From Styela clava (taxonomy: Eukaryota): a stretch of DNA of 64,000 nucleotides. A program made the position numbers and the translations under genes. The DNA lies in NCBI RefSeq assembly GCF_964204865.1, contig NC_135257.1:1488001-1552000 (forward strand). The letters run 5' to 3'. Below the pieces are notes generated by a model. It saw nothing but the letters and a program-made list of their open reading frames with translations. It did not search any database and had not been told where the DNA came from. Shown in pieces: positions 40,901-64,000 of the stretch. Position 1 is the first letter of the stretch. Each line of letters opens with the position of its first letter.

Positions 40901-43900
40901 TATATAAGTTTTGAAACGTCAAATATAACGATAGTCGTCAGCTGTGGTGCGCCGTGCACGTAAGCGTTTTTCATCTAAAAAACGCTTGGTTTGAATTTGA
41001 ACGCAATTGAAGTAAAGCTTTTTACGAAAAAATTACAAATGAACCGATACAACACAACACATATTTTCACCAAACTCATTTAACAGGGTGTAAAAGCAAA
41101 AAAAATACAAAAATGAAATAATAGTTTCACGTTGACTACCTTTCCTGCTAAAGCGGCCGTCAGAGCAATGATGATCAATAAATTAAAGACAGCGGACCTA
41201 CAAAATAAGAAGTATCATGTTTGAATAAAGTAACATTCATTATACCTAAGCCCCCAGAGTTATAAGTGACGTGAATACAAAACTTATAAGGTGGAAAAAA
41301 GAGTTCTGTCTACTACTCAATGAGAAACTCAGAATCTAAAGTTTACTGTGGACTATATCATTTCGACTCACCCAACGATTGTGCCGACTCCTACGTCACT
41401 TCCAGCACCAGCACCAGCAATTGAAATAAATAGTTCAGGAGCCGACGATCCGGCAGCCATAAACGTGGCACCTGCCACATCCTCGCTAAGATTGAGACGC
41501 TGAGATATTGCCTCGAGAGAAGCGATGAAAAAATCGTCACAAATAATCGCGAGACCTCAATTTAAAATATAAAAAGGAAAATAAAGACTGCAACCGTAAT
41601 CACATCTTTATGTTACGACATACCTAATCCTTCTTGGTTGTTTCAATGTGAAAATGGGAAGTTTTGGGTAAATTTACCATTTGTTGAATTTACTCAAATT
41701 TGAATCAAGATATATAACAAAAGAGCAAAATCGTAACGTTCTACAATTTGCACACTGTCGAGGTCAGCTATAGTCACGTACAGGACGAGCCAGAATTGAT
41801 TATACCATCAGTGCTCGGTCATTCGAAAACTAGTTAACTTACGCACAAACGGAACAACTTAGTTGATATGCGGAAAGCAATCAAATTGAAAGCCTCAAAA
41901 TTTACCTGGATGATTCCTGACCTCAAGGGTGTACACTTGTCTGCACTTCTCGAATGCATTGATATAGCGTAGACACAAAATCACAAAATGACTAATGTTA
42001 CTTGGCGACTTTGTGCAAAATAAGTTGTGGTGAGATTTGTCAAAACCTTAAGTCGGGCCATATAACATCCATAGAAAAGTAAGCGTCAACTGAATGGCAA
42101 TTTTTCTGAAGACTTACCAATGAAAAGAAACAAAATGATTATGATGTAGAGCAAGACCCACAACGCTGGTACTCCGCTTGTTATTTCTCCTGCACATCGG
42201 TTATGATGTCCATCTTCTGATGTCTCATTTCCGATATGATTAGTCGTCTTATTCCTAGAAATAATTTTTAAATCAATTGTACCAATAAAAAGGGAAGATC
42301 TGAAAAACAGACCGATAGAATCGATTACTAGAATCGATACTACCAATTTCGAACAATAATGGTGGATATTGCTAGTTTTACGACATTTCTGAACAAAAGT
42401 TTCCGAAATGTGATTTATTTTGAGGTATATCTCATTATCATTTATGAAGAACCCAACCAACAATCTGACCTAAATTCAACTTTCGTTGAGATATGTTTAA
42501 TGAACGATTTCTTAAAAAATAAATGCATGCTCACTTTCCGAAAGTTAATTGAAACACAGGAATGGATCATGCTTGACTTTGCATTGGCTCAATAAACATG
42601 ACTTGTCCAATTATAAATAGTCATGATTTAAACACTAAACAATAAAGCGCATAGCTGTTTACTGTTCTTTTTTACTTTCTATAACCAAGATGCGAACTCC
42701 AAATTCTTGTGTGTTTTGCACGAGGATATTGTAATCAAAAATGCAGCTACATGGCGCTTACGCATCAATCGATAACTAGCTATTCTCAGTCAAAACAAAG
42801 ATTCACATCAATTTTACATTAGTTTTCCATCGCCCCTGCTCACAATGAGTCTGTTCCAGTTTTTCGAGCCAAGATGTTTGAGTATCTTTGAAAGTTCCAC
42901 ACTAATCAAAAATAGTTGCAGAGCATCAGAGGCTTTTGCTTTTGCGCTGATACCCTCGAAACCAGTTAATCACCTTCGACGTGCCGCTAACAATAAATGG
43001 ACAATTCAGCGCTACATTCTAAATCAGTAACGTAAACGCAAATCAACTGGAATGCGAGTGGGTAATATGTTGTGTGAATACTTTTACTTTTATGTGTAAA
43101 GTTCAGTAAATGCACAACATTTAACAAAATGTTTCGGTGTTTCGACGTCAAGTTGTTCAATGCCATATATGGCAAGGATAAAACGACTTTGGGGAACGTA
43201 AATAATTAATTTTTTCAAGAGTGAGGTGCATTATAACGGGAGTGATTTTGAAATTGAAATTTCACCATCCAACAAATATGACAATATCATTTTAATCGCG
43301 AGAACAGCTGCTAATGCGATGTTGTGACATATTTACTCTGAACAAGGATCCAGCAAGAAATCAATGAAAACCCGTGGGATTGTGGTTGGACCCGATATCT
43401 CTACAAGAGATGCAACATAATTTGATCCAATATTGAGAATATTTTGGTACGCGTCAATGGTTGTAGAGTTACGTTATTCACAAAAACTGTACGTAAATGA
43501 AGAATTGGTAATTGGAATATATATTTTTGTGTATCAAGAGTATTAATTATTATTATAGTATTTGCATTCTTGGATACCAAATATGAAAAATATTTCAGGT
43601 CCTAACGGTGGTAAGTTCCATTATTTAGAATGTTAAGTCATATGATATTGCGCAAGAAAACTTTGAGAAAAAGACCGGGTCAAATATGTCGTGAGGTCAC
43701 TCAACATTCTAAACCAAGGTACTTTTGAGAACATAGTCAAAAGACCGTCGAGATGAATAATTAAATAAAAACAAAATGTTGCCAAACTAGTTTACCGCCA
43801 ACCGATTTTGAATTATTAAAAAGTGCCATCCGCAAAGCTCTTGTACGATTACCTCCGTTTTAATGCAATATTCAGTTAGGGATGTTTTTTAAATCTATTT

Positions 43901-45210
43901 CATACCGGAACAATTTTTTTGTTTGTTTTATTGCAGAACCGAGCAATGTTTTGTTGAATCAAAATTTATATCAGCTTCATACATACACTTTAAAGTGGAA
44001 ACACTATAAATTCAATTAAAAATGAAAATCAGTTTAATCGGATAAACCATCAAATATTTTTGTCGTACAAGCCCATAGTCGAGTTGTACTACGCATTGCG
44101 CATCACGCTGTTGGCAAAAAAAGGAACCCAACTGTATAGGCGCTTTCTCGAACATAAATAATAAATAAGGTTATCTTAATAGCAATTCATTTTAAATTTC
44201 CCGATAAAACTTCAAAATGAATCGATGATTTGAATACCTCCATAGATATGTTACATCTCAATGCTGCAAAGATTTGTCAATATTTTTAGTATAATAAACA
44301 TTCAAGCTAGTATATAGTTATATATATATATATTCATAAATATTTATGTTCATAACAGGAGGATAATTGAATAATATTAATTACATTTTTGAAATATTAA
44401 GCAATGCAATAAAGGCCTCCGGGCCAGGTCATATTTTGGAAAGGCACCGGGACCAAGACAGATTACAATTCTTTCGCTAACTTTGAATAAATTCACACCA
44501 TCTACTTACTTTTCCGAATCCAACGCATCTTCGCAAACTTGCAGTGCGTTCATATATATGATATCCATTTCTGATTGGTCATCGGAAGTTGGTTCATTTG
44601 ATACACCAGGTCGATGTTCTTGACCATGATCTGATTCGGGATTAATTTCCGTAGCAAGAGTTCTCACCTCGACTTCGGCCTGGTCGATAGCGTCGTTTTC
44701 AATTTGATTATTTCTAACGACGGTGACGGTTTTCAGCTCAGCATCGGAGGATGCTGAACGGTGCCTTCGATACTCGCCATAATGTTGTTCAGTCTGCGAA
44801 TAAAAATCCCTCCGCCGTCGAATTAACCTTGCCTCTTCGATCGGAACATTCGGTCTGAATGTGTCTTCTGTCAACAAACGTCTACCATTCTGTTGTTCAG
44901 ACCTTTTAGGCTCAACTAATTCATCGATTTTGCTTTTAGGGTAATATATAATATCCTCATAATCTACAAATTCCACCACACGCCTGTAATATATCTTATT
45001 CATAATCTGTCCGGCAGTTAAATTTAAATCGACGACTTTCGGCGCGGACATTGTCCAGCGAAAGACCAATACGACCGCGACCATGAACACGAGGGTAAAA
45101 ATCACCACCATTATCCTTGTCAATAGATTTCTGTTTGTTTCGTTTTGCTGAAAATGAAATGCAGAATACTTGTACAGAGTTGAAATCCCACGATTTCTAT
45201 TCCACGGCAT
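32000..45210 (-). CDS. K+-dependent Na+/Ca2+ exchanger (SLC24/NCKX family)
   Basis: Phase-consistent exons: 45210-44510, 42254-42118, 41555-41372, 41197-41140, 39493-39294, 38547-38301, 38212-38154, 37902-37401, 35531-35440, 35347-35222, 34647-34494, 34118-33951, 33206-33091, 32099-32000. Alpha-1 repeat [34 protein letters not shown]; alpha-2 repeat [22 protein letters not shown], which keeps the Asp tied to K+ dependence. Confidence 0.95.
32244..32615. mobile_element. Old hAT-type MITE in an NCKX intron
   Basis: cagcggttccaaacc / ggttggaaaacactg ends, sub-terminal gcgaccca; degenerate TSD tactactc/tactatac. Confidence 0.55.
32793..32999. mobile_element. MITE family A copy
   Basis: Similar to 2899-3099. 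Confidence 0.75.
33458..33725 (-). mobile_element. HINE-like family 1 copy
   Basis: Similar to 7560-7880 and 15140-15420. Confidence 0.65.
36433..36854. repeat. Near-perfect 210-bp tandem duplication (intronic)
   Basis: tggctatacgtatgg...ggaacgaaaatc x2; only one difference seen by eye. Confidence 0.9.
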
Positions 45211-45406
45211 TTTCGTCTTCAAAATTCGTCTTCAAGCGGTAAAAGCCAATTGATATCACACATACATGCAGTATTGCTATTGCGATACTATATTAAATTC
45301 GTCTATATACTGCAAGCTGTAAATGCATATTGAATATTTTATAAAGCTACCTCAGCTCAGTAACACGACGCTAAAGAAAAGAAACTCCAAGACACCAAGA
45401 AATGAG

Positions 45407-45734
45407 AAATCGCGAATGGAGGAGACAAGCGATCGTTTTCAGAAAGGCGATGTAAACACATGCCAATAACAATTGACGAAAGGAGATTAGTTTATAATCA
45501 ACGTTGCTTGTAGATTAACCATGCGCTATTTCCACTTACAACTTCAAAACACGATACAACAGAAAACAAAACTTCAAGCCACCAAGCGATGAAAAATCGC
45601 GAATGGAGAAGACAAACGATGGTTTTCTGACTGGCGATGTGAACACATGCCAATAACAATTGGCGAAAGGAGATTAGTTTATAATCAACGTTGCTTGTAG
45701 ATTAACCATGCGCTATTTCCACTTACAACTTCAT
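45407..45734. repeat. ~187-bp period tandem duplication upstream of NCKX
   Basis: aaatcgcgaatggag...ccacttacaacttca at ~45407 and ~45594. Confidence 0.85.
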
Positions 45735-46474
45735 AAATAGTCCCCAATCAATTTGGCTCAAGTATGATACGATGATTTAGTTCCACACTAAATCTACGTA
45801 ATAACAAGAAAGCGGCATATTGATAACAGAAAGAGATTAATTTCACAACTACTCGTGTTAATAAAATAATACAATCGGCTGCTAGATGAATAACTAATAA
45901 TTCCTAATCTTATAATCGTACATTTAAGCCACAGAGCTATCGATTATACCCCAATACTTTAAGTATTAGTAATCAGGAGTTATATTTGCAACAATAATGA
46001 ATACAATGCTAAGCTTACACTTTACTAGTAACTCATTACCAGTACCTTAGGATATATTCGATGGTATCATTTTCAACACAGAAATAATTTATAACGACGA
46101 TACTGTCACGCAGTTCGATATATATCCAACAATAAAGACTATGTGTTTAAATACAGGTTTCAGTGAGACAAAACGTTTCGGAATAATTTCGCATTACATG
46201 AATGGATAAGATCATTGCGACACAGGCTGACATAAGCAGATGGGAGTTTCCAAGATTTGTAAAAAATCAAAAAGTCTCAAAACAAGCAATTGGTAAAACA
46301 TGTCCACCGTAATTATTTTTTATACGACGATTATTCAGTCTTTTCGCTCCGAGCAATGTTCTGTACAAACAGCTGATATCTAACGATATGTAGAGAGAGA
46401 GTCATCATCATTTGGAAGTCACAAAGACTTTCCGGTTTGGTATTGCTTACCCAATTTACTACAACATGGGTGGG

Positions 46475-46565
46475 GTGGAGGCACAGGATTTCAACCCAAG
46501 ATGTGTAGTCTGTGATGTCAACACAATTGAGTCCAACGCTTTAAACGCTAGGGCAACGCGCCGCC
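46475..46565 (-). pseudogene. tRNA-derived relic (tRNA pseudogene or SINE head)
   Basis: Minus strand GGCGCGTTGCCCTAGCGTTTAAAGCGTTGGACTCAA...TGGGTTGAAATCC: degenerate A and B boxes; cloverleaf broken. Confidence 0.4.
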
Positions 46566-47419
46566 CAAAATTGCATGAAAATTATTTCCGAGTGTACGCG
46601 GGAGATAGTTTAATCATCCAAACCAACGAATAACAGTTTGTTTCTATCCTAATCGTTTTTGTTTGAAATGTAAATACTTTCTTCTGGATTTAAATTCAAT
46701 CGTGAAAAATACATTGTGTTGATCAGGGGCTAAGGCTTTTTTTTTAAATCATAATCAAATTAAATGTAATTTTTAACAGACACCTGAAGTAGGACAATAC
46801 CACCTTCCTGCTGCAGTTAATTGGACAAGACGCGTCGCTCGATGCATTCCTTTAATGTATTCAATGTATGAAAGCATTTATAATTAGCAGTTAGAGCTCG
46901 TCCGAGCTGTAATGAAAGTCAGGTCTTGACGCAATCGGTAAAGTGAAAATATTTCTGATTAGAATGAGAGTATTTCCCTACTTTGCGTGCGCGTAATTAA
47001 GTGTGTCTGCCAGCAAGGATATTATATATATTTTGTCTACATGAAGTTTGCGGAGGACAATTTCTCGTAAAAGAGCATCTCATTAAAATGAATATGTTTC
47101 GTATGCATAAAATTAGATTAAATGTACGCAAATTTTGAAACATTCTTAATTTTAATTTCGAAATAATTCATGATGTTATTATTAAGCCCCTTTCTCTCCT
47201 TCTTGCCTTTGACAAGTAAGACATTTTTCTCGATTTTAAAACCGAGTAGCAGTTTTGATTCTCTAGTCTAAACTCACTTCAAAATCCGAACGAGATTACG
47301 AGGTTTTATGTCTATTCATGTGGAGTTCGAATTTCGATATTTAACTGAAATTGTGATGTCATAATATAAAGTTGAATAAGAATATCTTTAAATTAGATTT
47401 AATTTAATTCATTGTCGAA

Positions 47420-47797
47420 ATGGATATTGAAAGCGAAGTTCCACAGATGTTGGAAATTTTAGTAGCAGAAAGTCTTGAAACATTTGGAAATTCCCAAACT
47501 GCCATGAACAACAAAAGGCCTGTATTGAAAAATCGTCACATGCTCCACTATTTGGCGTGCGAGAGCAATAAAGCTAAAAAATTGACAATAAAACGGCAGA
47601 AGCAGATTGCCAAAGCAAAGTATGTAGAAGAAGAAATTCGGAGATGCACGAGGAGTGTAGAATATATGAATGAACAAGTGAGACACTGGAGAACTATGGG
47701 CATGCAGGTTACTGAAAAAATAAGGATGTTCGAAAGAGAATTAACAGCTCTTGATGATGAAGGAAGAAAAAAGAAAAATTTGATTTTTCCTATCTGA
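47420..47797 (+). CDS. Single-exon 125-aa charged, predicted coiled-coil protein of unknown function
   Basis: gaaATGG start; uninterrupted, protein-like composition (E/K/R-rich helical C-terminal half); TGATGTCA and TATAAA at 47354-47370. Confidence 0.6.
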   Translation: MDIESEVPQMLEILVAESLETFGNSQTAMNNKRPVLKNRHMLHYLACESNKAKKLTIKRQKQIAKAKYVEEEIRRCTRSVEYMNEQVRHWRTMGMQVTEKIRMFERELTALDDEGRKKKNLIFPI

Positions 47798-48164
47798 TTT
47801 GAATAACGGAAAAAGAATTTCGCGCACAAATGAATATATTGACCAACTGAAGATATACATTTTCCGTTTCCAAGCATTCTCATATTATTTATATACTGCA
47901 TATACTTTTTATATTGCATTGTTCAGTGCCATTCATATTCTGCTGTATGTCTGAAATTCACTTCAGTCGACATAAAGCGGTCCTAAAGTCAAAACTAGTG
48001 GAGTGTCTCAGCCTCTTCCCCAAGTATCAGCGTCGAAGAAGAGATTCATATGGGTCCAAGCTCCAAGATCACGCTCCACTTAAAACTTACATCAAGGCTG
48101 TTGATATAGGTAACCTGATACAGATCAGTGATAAATCCCCTTATAGTTGTTTCGTTTCTACAAT

Positions 48165-48336
48165 ACGGTACCAGGTTGGGGTTAGGCCATAATTTTTTCA
48201 TTCCAATTTTAGTTCTTTTACGAGTTCGAGGACTAGCCAAGTGTCTCCCGTAGTATTTGTACCTGAAATTATGGCCTAACCTGGTACACATACTACGTTC
48301 CGTTGTCCGCCATCTTGGCTCACATACTTCGGGAGT
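48165..48336. mobile_element. Rearranged/internally deleted MITE family A copy
   Basis: ggtaccaggttggggttaggccataattt ... ttatggcctaacctggtacacatact. Confidence 0.6.
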
Positions 48337-49434
48337 ACCTACAATACTTTATGCATAATACCCAACAAAAAATTACAGACTTTCAACACAGAAGTAACCT
48401 CGTCTTTCTCAACGCAAGAAAATACTCAAATCTACCTTAAATGAGAAAAAAATTTTTCGCAGGAAGGAGTAATTAATAATTGGGTATTCTTCTTCGCCCG
48501 TGGCCGCCTATTCCGTGGTTCGTCATATGGTTACGCCGCCTTATCGGCTTCTCCCTCCCGGGTTAAGGACCATTAGCATAAGGTGTTATCGATTTATTAC
48601 ATAAATCTGAAAAAGTTGAAATTAAACCATTCAGCGAGATAACGCTCTGGTTCTGGAACGAGAAAGCCAGGTTAACAAACAGTGAACAGCTGTCAAATAC
48701 CTAGCAAATATCTTGCCGTTGAGTGGCATCACAAAATGATGTCATAAAAGTTCTAAATAATATTAATATAAATATCTAAAGAAATGTAAATATTTACGAA
48801 AACCGAAGGAACAAAAAGGCAGAAGTAATCAGAAAGTGCATATCATAGACAACAAATCTTGCCGATTTAAAAGACATCAAAGCTTAAATTGGGTAAGTAT
48901 ACTGACATTTAAAAAGTAGTCCGATTCACATGGTCGAACTTCAGCTCATTTTACATTGTCGTTTATTGTCGAAGATGATTCATTGCGCAACACAACTACG
49001 ATCATGTAAAGAGCCTATGCATAATGCAATTCAAATTGAGCATGTTATCTGTGAAATAGTTTTCAGAATATATCGATAAGGAAGTCAATTTTTGCTGAGC
49101 CGCTCCAACTACAGTTTCAGAACTTAAAACGACTGATTCCGATATAACAATCGCCTTCTACATTATATTGCAGTGCAGTATACATTTTCAATTCTACAAT
49201 AGGTAGATACTGCCACAACATACAAAGCCTTTTTTATGCCTCAGATTTCGAATTAGACTCAATGAGGCAATTGAAGTAAGATCAGTAATTGCAATTTCCA
49301 ACAAAATTACTTGATCATATGAACCTGCCAAATCTATAGTCAGCATACAGTCAGATACTGTAGGATTCATACGGATAGCTCTTCTCAAGAATGAGGGTCA
49401 TGAGGAAACCAAGACACAACTAAATCTTCGTTTC

Positions 49435-59343
<9,909 letters not shown>

Positions 59344-62343
59344 TTCTTTTCACAGTGCAGCAGTGCTACAGTGTTTGTTTCTGATGACGAGGAGGAATTG
59401 AGTATTCCTGGTTTAATGAGACACTAATACAAAGATGTCCATGCAACTCAAAATTACCAGACTACAGAATTACCTTGACCTAATCTCTTAATTTAATTTT
59501 TTTTTTAAAAACAAAAATGACAATTAGCAAATGAATATTTTACACTATTATTAATAAATTAAGACATAATAATCTTACCATACAGCTATCTCATTACCTG
59601 GGACAAAAGCATTTACATTATAAACACTGGTACAGCAAGATACTAACTATGTCCGGTATCTATACAAACTAAATATGTAAATCCTATCTTATCCCATTGC
59701 AGAGAATGCATAATTTCGTCGGGCAGGGCAAAGTGATCGTTTATTTGGGTTCACGAGCGACACTGTGTGTTAAACTAAAATCTCGTAATGTCGCTGTCGA
59801 GCAGAGTGGGAATACTATGCTACGTGCGGTATGTTAGTCATTGGCTACGTGCTACCGGTATGCTAGTCGTTGGTGCTACCGTAGGCTGGTATTGTTCACA
59901 AACTTATCACAACAATGCATCAATTTGGGATTTTTTTGCTGATTTTGCAATTTTACACTTTAATGTTCTCAATATTCCAAACTTGCTGCTGCCTTTCAAC
60001 TATGCATTTTATTATTTGTTTTGTTCATTTGTTGTGAATGTTAGTTAGTTCTATTGTCTCCTTATCTGCAATCATTGAGTATTGTACTCGCAGAAATATA
60101 CTTCGTTTTTTAGGACACCATGATGATCAATTTAAAAACTAGCTAATTCAACATAAAAAGGGTATACATCAACAAAACTTGCAGACTGATGGATCATCCG
60201 TGATGAATCTGAACTGGCCCCAGTGATAAACAACCTCAATAAAATTTCCTCCCAAGCTATAATCCATGACTTTAAAAGGGTGGAGGCCGGAGGCTAACTC
60301 GCCATGGAGGCTAACTCACTCGGTATTGTACTGCCTGAATAATTAATCTTAAGCAGGTTTAGCCCACCTCTTCATAGATCCAACATGACAATTCTGGCTG
60401 GGGAATTTGGCATTAGGTGACTCCAATTATAATCAGCTTGGCGATATCTTTTGAGAAATATTTTTCTATCCACAGTATATAACTCTTGTTGACTAATTCG
60501 GTATCCAATTTGGCAATCCTCATAAAATTTATTAAATTTGTGTGGCAAAAATTTTACTCATTTGTATTTTATTTGTTTGTGTATAATTTTTTCTTTCTTT
60601 CCGTGTCTCGGTGATTGTGTATGTGTGTGTGCGTGCCTCAATTAATTTAATACTTTTGGATGAGCGAACACGTACTACTCCTTTCATCAATAACAAAGTT
60701 TCTATAAAGTGTTATAGTCACTTTGATCAATACCTTTCCGCCTAAAATCTGTACGCTTTACTTGAGGTTTTATTCGCCCTCCCGATTTTATAATCAGTTT
60801 TATTTATTATGTTTTCATCAATTATTTTATCGTCTATTGCTGATTATGGAGTCGAAATAAACTTATACTTATTATAATTGTGTTTATAAAAGCATAAGAT
60901 GTGTTCTATAGCTTTTTACTTATTTAGATTTGTGCTACACACAATCTAGAATTTGCAGCATCCAACTATTCAAAATCACCTCCATTTATATATAAATCCT
61001 GGCGATCTCTCAATAAACCATGATTGAATACGGACATGTGGATCGTTGAATTTCATAAATCAATGACGAAAGAAGTAGCTAGAAATTTATTACACTTAAT
61101 TATCTACCTAAATTTTGCTGTTTTTTCATGTGCGGCCTTTTTTCATTCTGTGTGAATTTCCACCGATCCCTTCAGCAAACTTGGTGCTCTATAGCTTTTT
61201 AGTAAGGATAATGATGCGTAACATTTGCGTCCGTTAATAAGAACTGTTTGCTTTTTTTTAATTTTTTGTGGGTGGGCACGTAGCTACTTTTTTTATTTTA
61301 AGTTGTGCTCGCCTACCAGGTAGCTCTGCATTTTGTTTGTCTGTTCACTTTTTGTGTTTGTTTATGTCAGAAAACCTAAATAAAAAGGATGAATGAAATT
61401 TATGCAACAAACCAGTGCTCACAAAACTTTTTGTGTAGGGTGCACCACAAAGGGTTATCCTTAGCGGTGACACACTTTTAAACCGAAAATAAATGCGTGA
61501 CACTTTGTAATTTGATTTTAGTTGAAGCAAATTTTAAACTTACTCTTTTAATTAATGACATCAAACTATATAATTAGCAAATTTGTGACGGCAGGACGTG
61601 GAAATGAAAGATATTCTAACCGAACCTATGCATGCAATCCTAAAATAAATTCGAACAAAATTAGGCTTAGGTAGTTGTGGCCGACATTATGATAAGCAGT
61701 CGATGTTTTGTTTTTATTTTGTAAGTAGACAACGCCGATATATATATATGCTTATTTTACCTGAAATTAACCTCATTTCTTTCCTTATATTTAAATTGCT
61801 TCATATTTATATATATTTTTTTTTATTCAAGTATTATACTGCAACAAGTTCAACCCAATGGGTCAGCACTCGATGACCTTCGCGGGTCTTACTTTGTTCC
61901 TTTGGGGAAGTCAAACCCTGCCACAGCCCAAAATCCCAGTCACATTCGAAGGAATGCATTGGGGTCCGACAGTGAGCAGTCGCTGTCAATGAAAAGGCAA
62001 AATAGCCTAGAATCCAGGGGCGACCCATTAGACAGACATGCATGGATATTTATGCACATGCACTGAAATTGCTAAACACATATTTAAAAACAAAAATGTA
62101 AAATAAAACGCTTCTTAGAGGCTCTCTGCAGGACATATACTCTACAATTCATATAACTGATTAAAATATATTTGATATTAGATAACGATGCATTTTTTTA
62201 AGTATTTAAGGAAAATTTTCAACGAGATGCTTTTGGACCTCCATTTCAACAACAAGATGACAAAAATACTGAATTTAATAATAAAAAATCTTCAAGTGGT
62301 ATCATTCAGACGGGCATTTTATTCTTCAACTAATGAAGGTGAT

Positions 62344-62950
62344 CTATCTAGTAATTGACGAGAAAATTATTTTACCCGAGTCATTTTCAATTCTACCATA
62401 AGTTTTTGATGGCATAATGACTGCTTGCGCACCTACGCAAAATCCGTTCTCGCGAATATACGTTCTTGTGAAACTCCGTATTTGCGAAACTATGTACTTC
62501 CATTTTAACAAAACAATAAAATTCATTCCGTTAAAATCGTTAGTCCCCCAAAAGTCGGTCCAAAAAATGCAACACACAAAATTACATTCTACAGAATATT
62601 GGTTCTCAAAAACTGTATTCGCGGAAATTTGTCGCCAAAATATATATATTTGAGATTATTTATAAAATGTCTTTGACAACATGATCTATTTGGGGGTGTT
62701 GGTAAATATTTCCAAGAGTATGAGCTTTCGAATGCAAATATTATATGGCTAAAAGTATGAGGTGAACTTAGTTCAGTTTTTTACATATCATAGCCCTCAA
62801 TTTATCGTAGCTCTGTTTAGTTTGAACTAAAATCAGTTTTATGTTTTGAGAAACTCAGTAGATATCCCCTTTCTTCCGTCCTCTGGCCTCACAGCTGCCA
62901 AAAACATTTTCATGTACTTAGTGGTGCCAACCTCTTCTGCCAAGTTTAAT
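62344..62950 (-). pseudogene. Possible GNAT / arylalkylamine N-acetyltransferase-like fragments
   Basis: After a ttcttcag acceptor: LNLAEEVGTTKYMKMFLAAVRPEDGRKGISTEFL resembles GNAT motif A (V.P..R.KGI...L). Downstream piece TYGRIENDSGKIIFS resembles the iaaNAT C-terminus. Both end in stops without a donor site. Confidence 0.3.
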
Positions 62951-64000
62951 CTGAAGAAGTATAATATTATCTGAATATAGATGGGCCGATTAGAAATCTC
63001 CGAGGAAAATTGATGCAGAATACATACTGTATCTGTACAAATCACCGATAGGCTATCTATGAGTGCTGCATACTAGCTACATTTTGCGAAATCTTTGTCA
63101 TTGGCAAAACGTGAGTTCAAATATCCTATATATGAACAACCAGGACTTCCATGTCGTCCACATATTTAAATTATATTTCACACGTGTGCCTTATTAAATA
63201 TATTTGTCCTTATTTATAATATCCTTCCCTATTTTTAAGTACGCCCTTATTTTGCCTTATTTTTCACCTTAGGGTCAAATCGGACCTAAGGTATAAGGTA
63301 CACATTCATGATCATAAAATTGAGTTTTATTTAAAAGCAGCATTTTTTTTCTTCGTGCAAGTGCGCCGTAAATTTTCTTCGATACTTTGGCGCCGCACGA
63401 ACAAAAAGTTTCGGAACCACTTGCATAACCTACACCCCTCATCGTCAAGTCCTGGTTATTCCTAATATTCCAAAAAACTTTAGTACGCTAACGAAGGTAT
63501 CAAGGGACTTACTAACAGATAACACAATTAGTCGTTGGGAAATCTATTATTAAAAACGGCACTGAAGAAGATTTTTTATTGATATAGTAGGGCGGGGGAT
63601 GATGGCCCCCCTTATTGAAAATTATCTATATTTCGAAAACCTTTCTTCAAATATTCCTAAAACTTTGCAAGTACAAACATAAGGGGCTGAACTCTTTAGC
63701 CACTCGGCGGCGTCCGCCGGTCTCCAACCATCGCAACAGCAGAAACGTTTTTGAGCGAAAAAAAAATTCGGGGAAGTTGGACATATGGTCGGATATGACG
63801 GACATGTAATAAAATCGCATCAAAATACTAGTATTGCGTTCTGTTTCTTATCAGAATATCAAAATATGCAATGTATTTGGAAAATTTTTTGGGGCATTCG
63901 AAAATTCCCCCTATGTCCATCTTACCCCTTAAATTCTTGAAGTTGTGAACCCATATAATTGTTCACGAAAGTATGATAAAACACCACCTAGTAAAGCAGC

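Noticed and set aside
60360-60870. LINE 3' tail (aataaacttatactt)
   Set aside because: No recognisable reverse transcriptase peptide upstream; evidence too weak

Overview
AT-rich eukaryotic (metazoan) genomic DNA with short GT-AG introns and many MITEs. The style and an 18S relic suggest an invertebrate chordate such as an ascidian, but that is inference. Four multi-exon genes can be reconstructed exon by exon: a gamma-glutamyltranspeptidase-like Ntn-hydrolase (-, ~1.9-8.1 kb), RCC1 (+, 18.5-24.3 kb), a K+-dependent Na+/Ca2+ exchanger SLC24/NCKX (-, 32.0-45.2 kb) and ATG16L1 (-, 49.4-59.3 kb). There are also two single-exon orphan ORFs (52 aa, 125 aa) and a possible GNAT relic. Most notable: (1) the GGT keeps its catalytic Thr but has changed most gamma-glutamyl-recognition residues, suggesting a new substrate; (2) the first 1.5 kb is a same-strand mosaic of decayed rRNA pieces (5S and 18S clear; 5.8S and 28S tentative) with inverted 20-bp repeat arrays; (3) RCC1 has an AT-hook instead of the vertebrate methylated SPK tail; (4) ATG16L1 appears to lack the canonical WIPI2/FIP200-binding segment. 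Residue numbers and reference sequences of homologues are recalled from memory and aligned by eye.
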